Positions 1 to 12,960 of a stretch of 64,000 bases of DNA are shown here, one piece after another (within the stretch, counting starts at the first letter, position 1; the number at the start of each line of letters is the position of its first letter). The notes under the pieces are model-generated. The model worked only from the letters and a program-made list of their open reading frames with translations, searched no databases and was not told the origin of the DNA. The translations under genes and the position numbers were made by a program. Source of the stretch: Octopus bimaculoides (lineage: Eukaryota); assembly GCF_001194135.2 (NCBI RefSeq), contig NC_068984.1, forward strand, positions 15,378,607 to 15,442,606. Direction: 5' to 3'.

Positions 1-825
1 GACTGCTGAGGACATGCGTAAGCTTGCAAGGAATGAAGCCAGTATGTTCCGATGGATGTGTAATGTCAGTGTGCATACTCGACAGAGTGTAAGTACCTTA
101 AGAGAAAAGTTGGACCTAAGAAGCATCAGATGTGGTGTGCAAGAGAGATGACTGTGCTGGTATGGTCATGTGTTGTGAATGGATGAGGACAGCTGTGTGA
201 AAAAGTGCCACACCCTAGCGCTTGAGGGAACCTGTGGAAGAGGTAGATACAGGAAGACCTGGGATGAGGTGGTGAAGCACGACCTTCGAACATTAGGCCT
301 CACCGAGCAATGACTAGTGACCGAGACCATTGGAAATATGCTGTGCTTGAGAAGACCCGGCAAGTCAAGTGAGACCATAATCCGTGGCCTTCTGCCAGGG
401 GTGTAACCAGCCTACTTATGCGTACCTTCCCTTCATTAGACACTAAACTCTGCTTGCGAAGACCTGTTGAGGCAAGTGAGATCGAAATTGAAATCAAAAT
501 CAAATTCGATGACTGGCACCCATCCTAGTGGAGCGCTAACAGCACCATTCAAGCGTGGTCGTTGCCAGAGCAGCTGACTGGCTTCCGTGCAGGTGGCACG
601 TAAAAAACACTATTCGAGCGTAATCGTTACCAGCGTCACCTTACTGGCATGTGAAAAATATTCGAGCGAGGTCGTTGCCAGTGGCGCTGGATTGGGTCCT
701 GTGCAGGTGACACGTAAAACACACCATTTGAGCGTGGCCGTTGCCAGTACCGCCTGACTGGCCTTCGTGCTGGTGGCACGTAAAAGCAGGAGTGGTTAGC
801 TTTAGGAAGGGCATCCAGCTGTAGA
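1..825 (+). mobile_element. RTE-clade LINE 3' end (degenerate ORF2 C-terminus plus 3'UTR)
   Basis: Frame 2 reads SMFRWMCNV...ER*LCWYGHVL*M...GRGRYRKTWDEVVKHDL, matching the RTE LRWFGHV..GRPRKxW region, with in-frame TGA stops. The UTR runs into TTAGGAAGGGCATCCAGCTGTAGA. Confidence 0.85.
545..790 (+). repeat. About four ~65-nt tandem units in the RTE 3'UTR
   Basis: Recurring GAGCGTGGTCGTTGCCAG...ACTGGC...GTGCnGGTGGCACGTAAAA; also present at ~24590-24700. Confidence 0.8.
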
Positions 826-2517
826 NNNNNNNNNNNNNNNNNNNNNNNNNNNNNNNNNNNNNNNNNNNNNNNNNNNNNNNNNNNNNNNNNNNNNNNNNNN
901 NNNNNNNNNNNNNNNNNNNNNNNNNNNNNNNNNNNNNNNNNNNNNNNNNNNNNNNNNNNNNNNNNNNNNNNNNNNNNNNNNNNNNNNNNNNNNNNNNNNN
1001 NNNNNNNNNNNNNNNNNNNNNNNNNNNNNNNNNNNNNNNNNNNNNNNNNNNNNNNNNNNNNNNNNNNNNNNNNNNNNNNNNNNNNNNNNNNNNNNNNNNN
1101 NNNNNNNNNNNNNNNNNNNNNNNNNNNNNNNNNNNNNNNNNNNNNNNNNNNNNNNNNNNNNNNNNNNNNNNNNNNNNNNNNNNNNNNNNNNNNNNNNNNN
1201 NNNNNNNNNNNNNNNNNNNNNNNNNNNNNNNNNNNNNNNNNNNNNNNNNNNNNNNNNNNNNNNNNNNNNNNNNNNNNNNNNNNNNNNNNNNNNNNNNNNN
1301 NNNNNNNNNNNNNNNNNNNNNNNNNNNNNNNNNNNNNNNNNNNNNNNNNNNNNNNNNNNNNNNNNNNNNNNNNNNNNNNNNNNNNNNNNNNNNNNNNNNN
1401 NNNNNNNNNNNNNNNNNNNNNNNNNNNNNTATATATGCATATGTGGGCACAGGACGTCATGAAACGTGTACAACCAAAAATACGAAGTACGAGTGCATGG
1501 AATATGAACTATTTTTTCGAACAACGAAAGACACAAATGGAGGACAGGACAAACAACATAAAGAACGATTCTTCATCGGTTGCTGGCTGTTTTTCTACTC
1601 TAGTATTTCGAGCATTTAACAACAATATACGCTTTCGATAAAACAGTTGCTCCCGCAAAGCAAATTAAATAAAATTTGGGATTTTGCGGAGGGTCAAAAT
1701 TGGTGACACAAACAGGACAGTGAAAACAAACAGGAAGGGTGCTAAACCTAAACGAGTTTGTGGTGGCGAACGCGTAAATCAAGCTTGGACAGGAGACTGG
1801 CAAGAATACGTCTTCCTTGTTCCAGCTACAACAGAGAGAAAGAAACACAAGTTAGGAGAAGAAAGATGGCCGATGGTCACGTGGAACTTTAGGTATTTTC
1901 GCCTCGTGGAGCTTTAGGTATTTTCGCTCAATAAACACTCACAACGCCCGGTCTGGGAATCGAAACCACGATCCTATGACCGCGAGTCCGCTGCCCTAAC
2001 CACTGGGCCATTGCGCCTCCACCCACCAGAATAAAATAGTAATTAAAAAGATCCATACATAAAAAATGGTTGAGAACACCTGGACTAAACCCTTCAGGGT
2101 GGTGCTGTAGCATGGCAGTCACCCAATGACTGAAACAATTAAAAGAATAAAAGAATAACATTCAGAAACGCATCAGTTCGGTCTGTTGCCGTTTTCATCC
2201 GGTTTTTACAACCAAAAATGCAGTGGACCAACCATACAAATACCCTGGTTGATGTTTAACCCCCAAATCTGTCTTTATGAAACAGATTTTTGATTAAAGG
2301 CGTTCTTGTTGCGAACATTCCGTCTATTTTTGTAGACAGTGTGTAGTCGAATGTAACCCTTTGTTTTTGAGACAGTAAGGTGTGACTTGAAGGAGATTTT
2401 GCTGCTATTTTTAGCAGGTCGGGTGACCACGTTCAGACTCTTGGTTGGCTCTTCTGATGTTGTTGCTATTTCTGCAATTCATACATATCATCCCACTGTA
2501 ATTGCTGCTGCTGCTGC

Positions 2518-2548
<31 letters not shown>

Positions 2549-3056
2549 CTAACCACAATCAAAACCCACAACCGACGCCGCCGCCATCATTTTTTTCTCT
2601 ATTACTATTCCTACTCCTACCACTACCACCACTACTAATACTAATACTACTTCTGCTGCTGCTTTCACCACCTTCATGGCCATCACTACAACTATCTCTA
2701 GGTCTGCCACTACTACCACGACAACCACCATCACACCCTCCCTCTCCACCCCTCCCCCATCCTCATCACCACTCCTCCTCCTCCTCTNNNNNNNNNNNNN
2801 NNNNNNNNNNNNNNNNNNNNNNNNNNNNNNNNNNNNNNNNNNNNNNNNNNNNNNNNNNNNNNNNNNNNNNNNNNNNNNNNNNNNNNNNNNNNNNNNNNNN
2901 NNNNNNNNNNNNNNNNNNNNNNNNNNNNNNNNNNNNNNNNNNNNNNNNNNNNNNNNNNNNNNNNNNNNNNNNNNNNNNNNNNNNNNNNNNNNNNNNNNNN
3001 NNNNNNNNNNNNNNNNNNNNNNNNNNNNNNNNNNNNNNNNNNNNNNNNNNNNNNNN

Positions 3057-3131
<75 letters not shown>

Positions 3132-4065
3132 CTGCCCGATCAAGGTTGGTGTGTGTTTAGCGGGAGCGACCGACGATCAGCAGTAACATAAATTACGTGG
3201 GTTGATTTGATTAACCAGTTGTGATGCAAGATGCATTCCCGGTAGAATTTGGACTGTCTGTCTTCTGTCAAATTGGTTTCTGTTGACGAGACACAGTTTA
3301 GGTGAAAGGGAGTGGGAAACTGAGTGGGGGTCATTCATTTTGCAATAGTATTAAAGACCCTAATGAGTAATGAAGTAATTTAAATCCGAAATCGAAACTA
3401 AAGGTTAATTCTTATATACAATCACCGAAGCATTAAAATAAAAGACTTGTTTTCCCTCATATTCACATATGTTTGCAAGTGTTATTCAAATTTTGAAACT
3501 GAATCGAAACTATACAGCGAGTTCTGTTCATAACCAAACTGTTTTTCTATATTACATTGCTTGCTGGACACATAATACGTCACCCTGCTCAACACCATAA
3601 CATGGCGGTAATAATATTGGCTTCGGATTTTGGCACAAGGCCATTAATTTTGGCGTGGGGGTGGTTAGGCGATTACATCGACACCCGGTGTTTGATTGAT
3701 ATTTATTTTATCGACCCCGAAGGGATGAAAGGCAAAATTGACCTCGGCGGAATCTGAACTCAAAACGGAAAGACGGACGAAATGGCGTAAAGCTTTCTTT
3801 GTCCGGCGTGCTAACGATTCTGCCAGCTGCTGCCTTACAATTATGGTGATATTAAACTCATTAACGAAAGATTCTCTATGAGAAAGCTAGACTTGCTTAT
3901 AATAGCAGTTAGATTTCCTCAAATTCCACTCTACCGTTTTTAATAAATAAAAGGAACAACACATTTAATGATGTGATGTCATACATACATATATGTAATG
4001 TGTCAGCGGGTGGGTGCGGTGCTCCAGCATGGCCACAGTCAAATGGCTGAAACAAAAAAATATAT

Positions 4066-4455
4066 GCGCAGGAGTGTCTGTGTGATAAGTAGCTTGCTTA
4101 CGAACCACATGGTTCTGGGTTCAGTCCCACTGCGTGGCACTTTGGGCAAGTGTCTTCTACTATAGCCTCGGGCCGACCAAAGCCTTGTGAGTGGATTTGG
4201 TAGACGGAAACTGAAAGAAGCCCGTCATATATATGTATGTGTGTGTATATGTTGTGTATCTGTGTTTGTCCCCACAACATCGCTTGACAACCGATGCTGG
4301 TGTGTTTCGGTGTCCGTAACCTAGCGGTTCGGCAAAACAGCCCGATAGAATAAGTACTAGGCTTACAAAGAATAAGAGCTGGGGGTCGATTTGATTCGAC
4401 TAAAGGCGGTGCTCCAGCATGGCCGCAGTCAAATGACTGAAACAAGTAAAAGAAT
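4066..4455 (+). mobile_element. tRNA-type SINE family 1, full copy
   Basis: A-box-like head, GGTTCAGTCCC B-box, central microsatellite, tail ...GGCGGTGCTCCAGCATGGCCGCAGTCAAATGACTGAAAC. Confidence 0.85.
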
Positions 4456-4477
4456 AACAGCATATATATATATAGAA

Positions 4478-4517
<40 letters not shown>

Positions 4518-6081
4518 GCACACACACACATACACACATATACACATATTTTCTTTCCCTCTCACTTTCTCTTCCACACACACCGCTGTCCCCCGACCCC
4601 ATGCTTGTCTGCAGATGTTCATCCACATCAAACCTCACCTGGATGGGAGGGCGCTGCCCCTCCCCCTCCTCTGACTGCTTATATAAGAAGAAATTTCTTA
4701 CAACCATACATCCAATGCGTGTGCGTTGTCCGTGTGTGCGTATGTGTGTGTATGCGTGTGTGTATGTGTCTATGTGCGTGTTGTATGTATGTGTGCATCT
4801 GTTTTACTGTATGTAGTTTGCAGGATATTCTGGAGATAAAAGGTATATAGGTAAAGTGATAAAGAAGTAACGAGCGGTTTCTAAAAATAAGTGAAGGTAA
4901 ACATTTTTGTCAGTAACAGAACCTAGGTACCTTTTGGTGTATCAATTTACCTGCAAGTGATTTCTTCTCTTGAAGAGAATGTAATATTTATATGCATTGA
5001 TAGAAGATATTCGTTTTCAATTATTTTACTGGGGAGTAAACGACTGACATCTAGTTGCTAGGTTCTTAGAATTGGTGCTTGCAGGGNNNNNNNNNNNNNN
5101 NNNNNNNNNNNNNNNNNNNNNNNNNNNNNNNNNNNNNNGGAGAGAGCAGGAGACAGGCATACAGACAAATATTGAGAGAGAGAGAGAGAGAGAGGAAAAC
5201 CTACACCGAATAGACAAGGTGTAGTCTATTTTTAGTGCTGTTACTTACTCCATTCATACTTTCTCTTCTGTTGGCATTTGCACAAATTTTACTTCCGTCA
5301 GTGGATGGTAAATTCACAAATAAACGGTGCTTGATGATCGGGCATCCTAACACACTTGATACTTGTGCCATACTTCTTCGGAAAGCGACAATAACAATGT
5401 TTTAAACTTTATTGAAGGATCAATTAGCCAAAGTGATGGATGATGAGATTGTGATATTTCCTATTTTGTTATCAATCCTGTCAACCCAACATATGTAGCA
5501 TTGCCAAAAAACCGCAACACTAAGGCTAGAATTCATTTTGAGATCCTAAAAACACTTTAGTTCTGATCAACTACTAACCCTCTACAAGACCCCCAGGAAA
5601 CCTAACACTAGAATACGACTCGCATCAGTTGGTCGACTTTGAGTAACGTGAAATAAAGTGTCTTACTTAAGGACTCGGCGCACCGCCTGGAATCGAACTC
5701 ACAACTGTGAGCTGAATGCCCGAACCTATAAGCCATGCGCCTTCATGACTTTGAAGCTACACACACAAACATCTAAAAGTAGAGCATTTAATTGAGTGGA
5801 AAAGATCCTCTCACCAACAGACTTCAACCACTGGCTCATCAGCGGGGTCTAATGTCTTTCTCTTTGCTTCATGTATCTCTACAACAACGGTGTCTGTTCT
5901 TTTGAAATAACCATCTGCTTACCTTATTCTAAATAAATCTGTTCACCCCACTCATCTTTATTCTTCTCAATGTCTTCCTAGCCCTGTCACGCCGTATTCC
6001 CGCAATAGCAGAAATAGGTTATACGTCATATCTGCTGGATTTCAGGTAAAGCAGTAATTAACAATACACATAGAAAATGAA

Positions 6082-6147
6082 GATGCAGCCGATTTTGTCC
6101 ATTAGATGCAGCCGATTTTGTCCATTAGAGGCAGCCGATTTTGTCCA
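6082..6147. repeat. 23-bp tandem repeat x~3 (GATGCAGCCGATTTTGTCCATTA)
   Basis: Directly visible. Confidence 0.9.
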
Positions 6148-6384
6148 GAGCCTATTTCTGACCTATGTATACTGTAGCTTGCTATCAATAAATAAATACT
6201 ATAGAGCCCAGTGCATTGATTTACCCAGGGGCTTATAATGCTGTTAAGACAGCCCTGACTCCACCCGTCACTCTTACTGCATCTACTTCCCAGATATACT
6301 AAACTGTTTATGCGTTCCTTCCCCCATCAAATTGCAATCCTCTGAAATCCTTTACCAGCCACTTTTTTTCCCCCTTGTACACCG

Positions 6385-7515
6385 ACCTACACATGAAATT
6401 AACTGCATTAATCTTACCGTTCTGTCGTCGAGAACTCAGATCGCAAAGTGCCTGAAGAAACGCCGATAAGCATTTAGTCCGAGGCGCTAACGATTCTTCC
6501 AGCTCACACTCTTCATATAAATATTGATTTTTAACAGGCACAAGGCTAATCTAGGAAATATTGGTTCCAAATTTTGGCACAAGGACAGCAAGTTCTGGGG
6601 AGGGAGTTAGTGCTCAACTGATATTTTATCAGTTCTAAAAGGATGAAAGGTAAAGTAGACCTCGGTGGAATTTGAACTCAGAACGTAAAGATAGACGAAA
6701 TGCCGCTAAGCATTTTGCCCGGTGTGTTAACGATTCTGCCAGCTCGCTGCATTAAATCTAAGCAATATTAGTTTCACATTTTGGTACGAGGCCAGTATTT
6801 CTGGGGAGGGGTAAGTTGATTACATTTACCCCAGTGCTCAACTGGTACTTATTTTATCGATCCCTAAAAGGATGAAGGGTAAAGTCGACCTCGGTAGAAT
6901 TTGAACTCAGAACATAAATGCCGCTAAGCATTTCGCTTAGCGGCATTTCGCTTAGCGGCATATCGCTTAGCGGCATTTCGCTTAGCGGCATTTCGCTTAG
7001 CGGCATTTCGCTTAGCGGCATTTCGCCCGGCGTGCTAACGTTTCTGCCAGCTCACCGCCTTGCCTTCACAGAAATATTCTATTCTACTCTAGGCACAAGG
7101 CCCGAAATTTTTGGGTAGGAGGCCAGTCGATTAGAACGACCCCAGTATACAAGTGGTACTTAATTTAACGACCACCGAAAGGATGGAAGGCAATGTCGAC
7201 CTCGGCGTAATTTGAACTCAGAACATAAAGACAGACGAAATACCGCTAAACATTTCGCCCGGCATGCTAACGTTTCTTATTTCTTTACTGCCCACAAGGG
7301 GCTAAACATAGAGGGGACAAACAAGGACAGACAAAGGGATTAAGTCGATTTACATTGATCACCAGTGCGTAACTGGTACTTAATTTATCGACCCCGAAAG
7401 GATGAAAGGCAAAGTCGACCTCGGCGGAATTTGAACTCAGAACGTAACGGCAAACGAAATACCTCTAAGCATTTCGTCCGGCGTGCTAACGTTTCTGCCA
7501 GATCGCCGTCTCGCC
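6385..7515 (-). mobile_element. Head-to-tail array of about five family-3 SINE monomers
   Basis: Repeating (+ strand) ATCGACCCCGAAAGGATGAAAGGCAAAGTCGACCTCGGCGGAATTTGAACTCAGAAC...GCTAACGATTCTGCCAGCT at ~200-300 nt spacing. Single copies at 3600-3835(-), 17328-17515(+) and 51460-51690(-). Confidence 0.8.
6928..7017. repeat. 15-bp tandem repeat x6 (GCATTTCGCTTAGCG)
   Basis: Six near-perfect units inside a family-3 SINE head. Confidence 0.95.
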
Positions 7516-10500
7516 TTCATAGAAATATTGATCGACAACTGGCACAAGTCTAATCAAGAAAATATATCAATATATTATTCCCGCTGAAATTAGCCGTGCC
7601 TTTTTATGGTTTTTTTTTTTTGTTTAACTTATTTATTTTTGATTCTTTATGTTTTCTGCGAAATATTCTATATCTACAAAATAATTCCAACGAGACAGCT
7701 TTATGATAACTCGAACTCATATAATTCTAAAAGCATGACTCAACCCATGAAGCATCCACCTGTTGTGGGATAGGTTCCGACTACTCATGAGTGAAACGTC
7801 GATTNNNNNNNNNNNNNNNNNNNNNNNNNNNNNNNNNNNNNNNNNNNNNNNNNNNNNNNNNNNNNNNNNNNNNNNNNNNNNNNNNNNNNNNNNNNNNNNN
7901 NNNNNNNNNNNNNNNNNNNNNNNNNNNNNNNNNNNNNNNNNNNNNNNNNNNNNNNNNNNNNNNNNNNNNNNNNNNNNNNNNNNNNNNNNNNNNNNNNNNN
8001 NNNNNNNNNNNNNNNNNNNNNNNNNNNNNNNNNNNNNNNNNNNNNNNNNNNNNNNNNNNNNNNNNNNNNNNNNNNNNNNNNNNNNNNNNNNNNNNNNNNN
8101 NNNNNNNNNNNNNNNNNNNNNNNNNNNNNNNNNNNNNNNNNNNNNNNNNNNNNNNNNNNNNNNNNNNNNNNNNNNNNNNNNNNNNNNNNNNNNNNNNNNN
8201 NNNNNNNNNNNNNNNNNNNNNNNNNNNNNNNNNNNNNNNNNNNNNNNNNNNNNNNNNNNNNNNNNNNNNNNNNNNNNNNNNNNNNNNNNNNNNNNNNNNN
8301 NNNNNNNNNNNNNNNNNNNNNNNNNNNNNNNNNNNNNNNNNNNNNNNNNNNNNNNNNNNNNNNNNNNNNNNNNNNNNNNNNNNNNNNNNNNNNNNNNNNN
8401 NNNNNNNNNNNNNNNNNNNNNNNNNNNNNNNNNNNNNNNNNNNNNNNNNNNNNNNNNNNNNNNNNNNNNNNNNNNNNNNNNNNNNNNNNNNNNNNNNNNN
8501 NNNNNNNNNNNNNNNNNNNNNNNNNNNNNNNNNNNNNNNNNNNNNNNNNNNNNNNNNNNNNGGTCGGCCCGAGGCTATAGTAGAAGACACTTGCCCAAGG
8601 TGCCACGCAGTGGGAATGAACCCGAAGCCTACTTACCACACAGTTACTTACCACACAGCCACTCCTGCGCCTTTGGAATTTAAAATTTTTAAATGCTGAT
8701 TGTTTTTGCAGATTCGGAATCTTTGCACTCGAAAAGATGGGTTTCTGTAGAAAAAAATAAATAAATAACCGAAAGGGTTCCATGTCCTTTACCTCCGCCC
8801 ATTGTGGTATTAAAGCGAATGATAGATTGAATTTATTATACATTTGGTGGTCAGTTTATGTAATTTTTTTTTTTTTTACATAATGACCACACTATTGTAA
8901 TATTGTAATATTTCGGGATGGTCATTTGTTTTTTCTTGCCAAGCACTATTCGTTCTTTACTCGTTTATTATTGTTCTTATATTATCTTACATTGTCTTTC
9001 TATTGTGACACCATAGAAAGACATAATGGACTAAACAGAACAGGAGGAGACACGTGGGATGGAAGAGTCGCTGAAGAGGTTACAGGTGTGTGACGAAAGA
9101 TTTCCAGACAATGGTGGCTTTACAGAACATATAAAGGTTGTGGCACATTTCGTGGTTTATCATTGCCTACCACACCACACGGAGCTTAGTTTAGCCTATG
9201 GGAGTAACTGAATTGAGTCTATTCAACAGGCTTCTGCACAGTTTACATCTATAAAATTCCACTTGTAAGGCATTGGTCACCTCGAGGTTACGGAGAAGTT
9301 TACTTTTCCAAGTAACTGTGCAGCGGAGTCGAACCCAGAACCATGTGGGTGCAAACTGAGCATTTTAACTACACTGCAATACCTGCAGTTACTCGTATAT
9401 TCTTAAGCGACATATAACAATTGTTGAGGTTTAAGGAGAACATTAAGATGTTGTACTTCCGTTTTATTGTTGCTGCTCCCCTCCTCTTATCCTTTTTCTC
9501 TGTATCATGAAGAGAAATCTTATTTCCATTCACCGAAAGAAGCCCTTAAAATATGTTAGTTTCCTTAACATTTTCAAAATTTAATAAAACTAGGCTCCTT
9601 TCTTCTGATCAGTTTGCTGGATGCTGCAGTAATAGTTAAACATCAATCAAAACAAATCAAGATTTATCTGCTTTCTCATCTATTCACCACCACTTACACT
9701 CTCTTTCCATCAATAACACATACATAAATTTGTTCTTCTTGTACATATATCTTGCATACATTTGATCTTTTCTATCTCTATATATATATGTATTGATATT
9801 GAGGAAATCAGTTTGTTTTTATTACATTGCTATTTGAGGCATGAAATTTTAAGTAATAATTCATTTAGATTATTACGCATATTTTTTATGCTTCATTTGC
9901 TGGATCAACATTTTCAAGTAAAGCCGTAACATCTTCAAGGTCATTTATTAAATACAGTTTATGGGTTGCAATTGTACAAACTAAATTCAATGAAACAAAA
10001 GTATTGTAGATGGAAATAAAGCAATTTTAAAGTTAGATATCCATCAGTGTCTGTTGAAGGTGAAGCAGATAACGAGTGGAAACTTGTGCATGACACCGTC
10101 ACACATAACTCGTATTAAATGGAGACGACAGCATAAAGACTCAATTCTTTTTTTCTCATATCAAAGGAACACACTTGTTCTTCTACCTCACCGTTTCTAG
10201 TCATGAAGTAACTCAAGAGAAAAAAAAAACTTCAAAATTGCAGCATATGTTAGTCCTCAAATGTTCTGATGATTTACATGGCGTCGTCTTAAAGCATAGA
10301 CACACTCAGTAGCGCAGCTGAAGGGGGGGGGCGACGTTGGGTGAGAAATCCGCTTCGGACGGTACTTTTATAGGTTTGGCTCTTATGGGTCTGCTGTATA
10401 AGACTTTATGGAGAGGGTGGGGCGGCAAACTCAAGAGATGCCCCGGACGGCACACACTCGAGCTATGCATACTGGATACTTGCACAGGGATCCCACAGAT

Positions 10501-12199
10501 CTAGGGGCTCAATATTAATCTATGCATGCTGTGGCTATCGACTAGTGAATTATATATATATATTCCCCCAATGCATTGCCTTGCTCTGGAGGCTTATATT
10601 GCTGTTTAGCCGACCCTACTAGACCTCGCGCAGTTATTTCTCTATTGAACTAGCCTTCTCGAATTGGTAAAACACACACACACACACACACACGCATATA
10701 TATACTTACATACATACATAAAGTTAAGTAATAGTTCGAAATATTTCAACTATTTTGGAATATTTATATTATCTAGATTGATCCGTTTTCTTTCCATTTA
10801 AACTTTTTATCTGAAATAAATTGCTTTAAGGGTTGCCAATTTAAGCGTACAGCCCTGCTTCAACGTTACGCCATTTCTTAATGTTGAAATACATAAAAAA
10901 AAAACATAATAAAAGCTTCTTTCATTTACAAACCGTAGATTCTGGCCCCATCGTCTTTTTCATATACCTACTTTTACTAATTCAACACAAACACTTCCCA
11001 ATGAGCGGTCTTTCTTGAAACTTATACTGCTTATCTTCATAAGACCCACAATAAACATTACGCACAGGGTGAATTGTCAGAATAAAGACACCTGTGTTGC
11101 ATCCTAAAAGAAATTCTTGGGGCGTGTTTACTTAATGGTTAGCGGAATACTGTATATTCCTAACGGATTTAAACATTGAAGCAAATACATAAACGTCAGC
11201 TGGAGATTGTGAAAGTCATTTTCATTCTCAAACAACCAAAATGTCAAATTGAACAAGTTGCAGCTTTGAAATTAAATGTTAAGACGTTGTCAGACGATAT
11301 GTTTTACTAAAAATCTGCTAATTTTGTTTTGCAGAATTTAATAATTTAAATAAAACAGAATATTGGAAATGTGCGAAAATTTAAATGAAGGAAACAATTT
11401 TTCATACACATGTACCACCTCCATATATCTGAATATGTACATATATTCATTCACACATACATACGCACGCACACACACACACACACATACACATACATAC
11501 GTACATATATACACACATGTATATGTTCTTTTTATCATACTTATATTGTCTGGTAGTTTGAAATTAAAAAGAAGTTAAACACTCCAAAATAGCTTTCCAG
11601 AATTTAATCTGAGCAAATCAAGAAAAAGAAATTCATTGAATACAGCCATCTGTTTGTGAGGGCAAAGTGTGGAACGCGTTACTTGGAAATGTGACCAATA
11701 TAATAAAACGCTGTAAGGACCATGCGATGCGAAGTGACGAGAATGGCTCTTTAGTACATCACACAGTCCTTACAATAAATACATAAATTGAAGGGTACAT
11801 ATAAGTCCCAGAGGGAAAAAGGAGACATAACCGCGTAGAATGATTAAGAGAAAATTTATTGATATGTTAACGTGTATCTGTGAGTGCGTCGGGTATACAG
11901 AATAATAGACAGGCCGTCATAAGAACAAATGTATGTGTGCGTGTAAGCATAGATGTACGCGTGTGTTAAGAACATATAAGAATGGCAATAAAGAAAAAGA
12001 CAGTGAAAGAGTCTATAGCCATCGAAGTGAGGACTTCATAGACACACAAAAAAAGATCCAGTTTTGGATCTGTTATAACGTCAAATTCATGTAGATTTAT
12101 TTGACAGGTAGAATTATTTTCATTTCAAAGAAGCCTTTAGTTATTATCCAATGCGAAACTTTAATATTCAGACGAGACTTTCAAGATAATTTAACCTTA

Positions 12200-12960
12200 T
12201 TCCATTAACTTTACATATGTAGTGTCATGAATAGTGACGATTTGCTTTTTGGCTTTGCTACAATGGCCTGAGGAACCGAAGATTTTTTTTCAAAACTGAA
12301 ATCCTTTGACCAACTTCATTGCCTAACATGATTTCGAAAGATTATCAACGAGTGGTCAATAATGCTGTTAGAATATTTTCTCCAAATTCATCTCAAATGA
12401 TTTTTGACTTTTCCATTTCTCCCTTGTATATTTCGATCTTTTCAAACAAACGCCTGTGACAACAATACGAAAATCTCGCAGAATTTGCATCGGAGGTGCA
12501 CACAATTGTAGCCATTGCATTTATACTAGTCTTAAATGTTGTAAATTTCTTTCGAATACTCATGCAACAATTACAAGTTTCTTTAAGAAGAACCAACCAT
12601 TCTTAGATTATGTAGAGAATATGTGGTTTGGATGCACAAACTGTCGCATTGTCCACTGCTCGACTTTGCGATGGTCATACACTTTGGAATTAGATTTTCT
12701 GTAGTATTGAAAGGTGCCTCTAAAACAAATAATTCTTGTGAAGGTTGGTACCAATCAATCAGCAGATTGAACGAAAAATCACATCCTGCAATCTGGGAAA
12801 TTTTCAGTAATCTTGAAAAATCAACAGTAAAAAAAAAAAGCGTAATAACACAACTATATATCGATGATGCAGGCATTCCATATCAATAAGAAATATTATA
12901 ATAATAGAGTAGAAAGAATTCAATGCATCATCAATGAATATAAAAATCTCAAAATATTCA
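12200..12960 (+). pseudogene. MULE/Mutator-like transposase relic
   Basis: Broken frames give NQPFLDYVENMWFG and KTNNSCEGWYQSISRLNEKSHPAIWEIFSNLEK, resembling the FLDY..W / RTNNxxEGWH..HP.IW motifs. Boundaries are approximate. Confidence 0.65.

Noticed and set aside
545-790. CRISPR-like periodicity
   Set aside because: No unique spacers, eukaryotic context, and it is part of a LINE 3'UTR.
636-1536. Long ORFs in the track rich in X (also near 7.8, 13.1, 34.9, 44.9, 53.2 and 62.9 kb)
   Set aside because: Artefacts of N gaps.
1590-1645. Hammerhead-like GCTCGAAAT on the minus strand
   Set aside because: The core is too degenerate (no CUGANGA, no ACGU).
2387-3191. Thr/Tyr/Val-rich ORFs
   Set aside because: Translations of (ACT)n, (CCT)n and (TA)n microsatellites.
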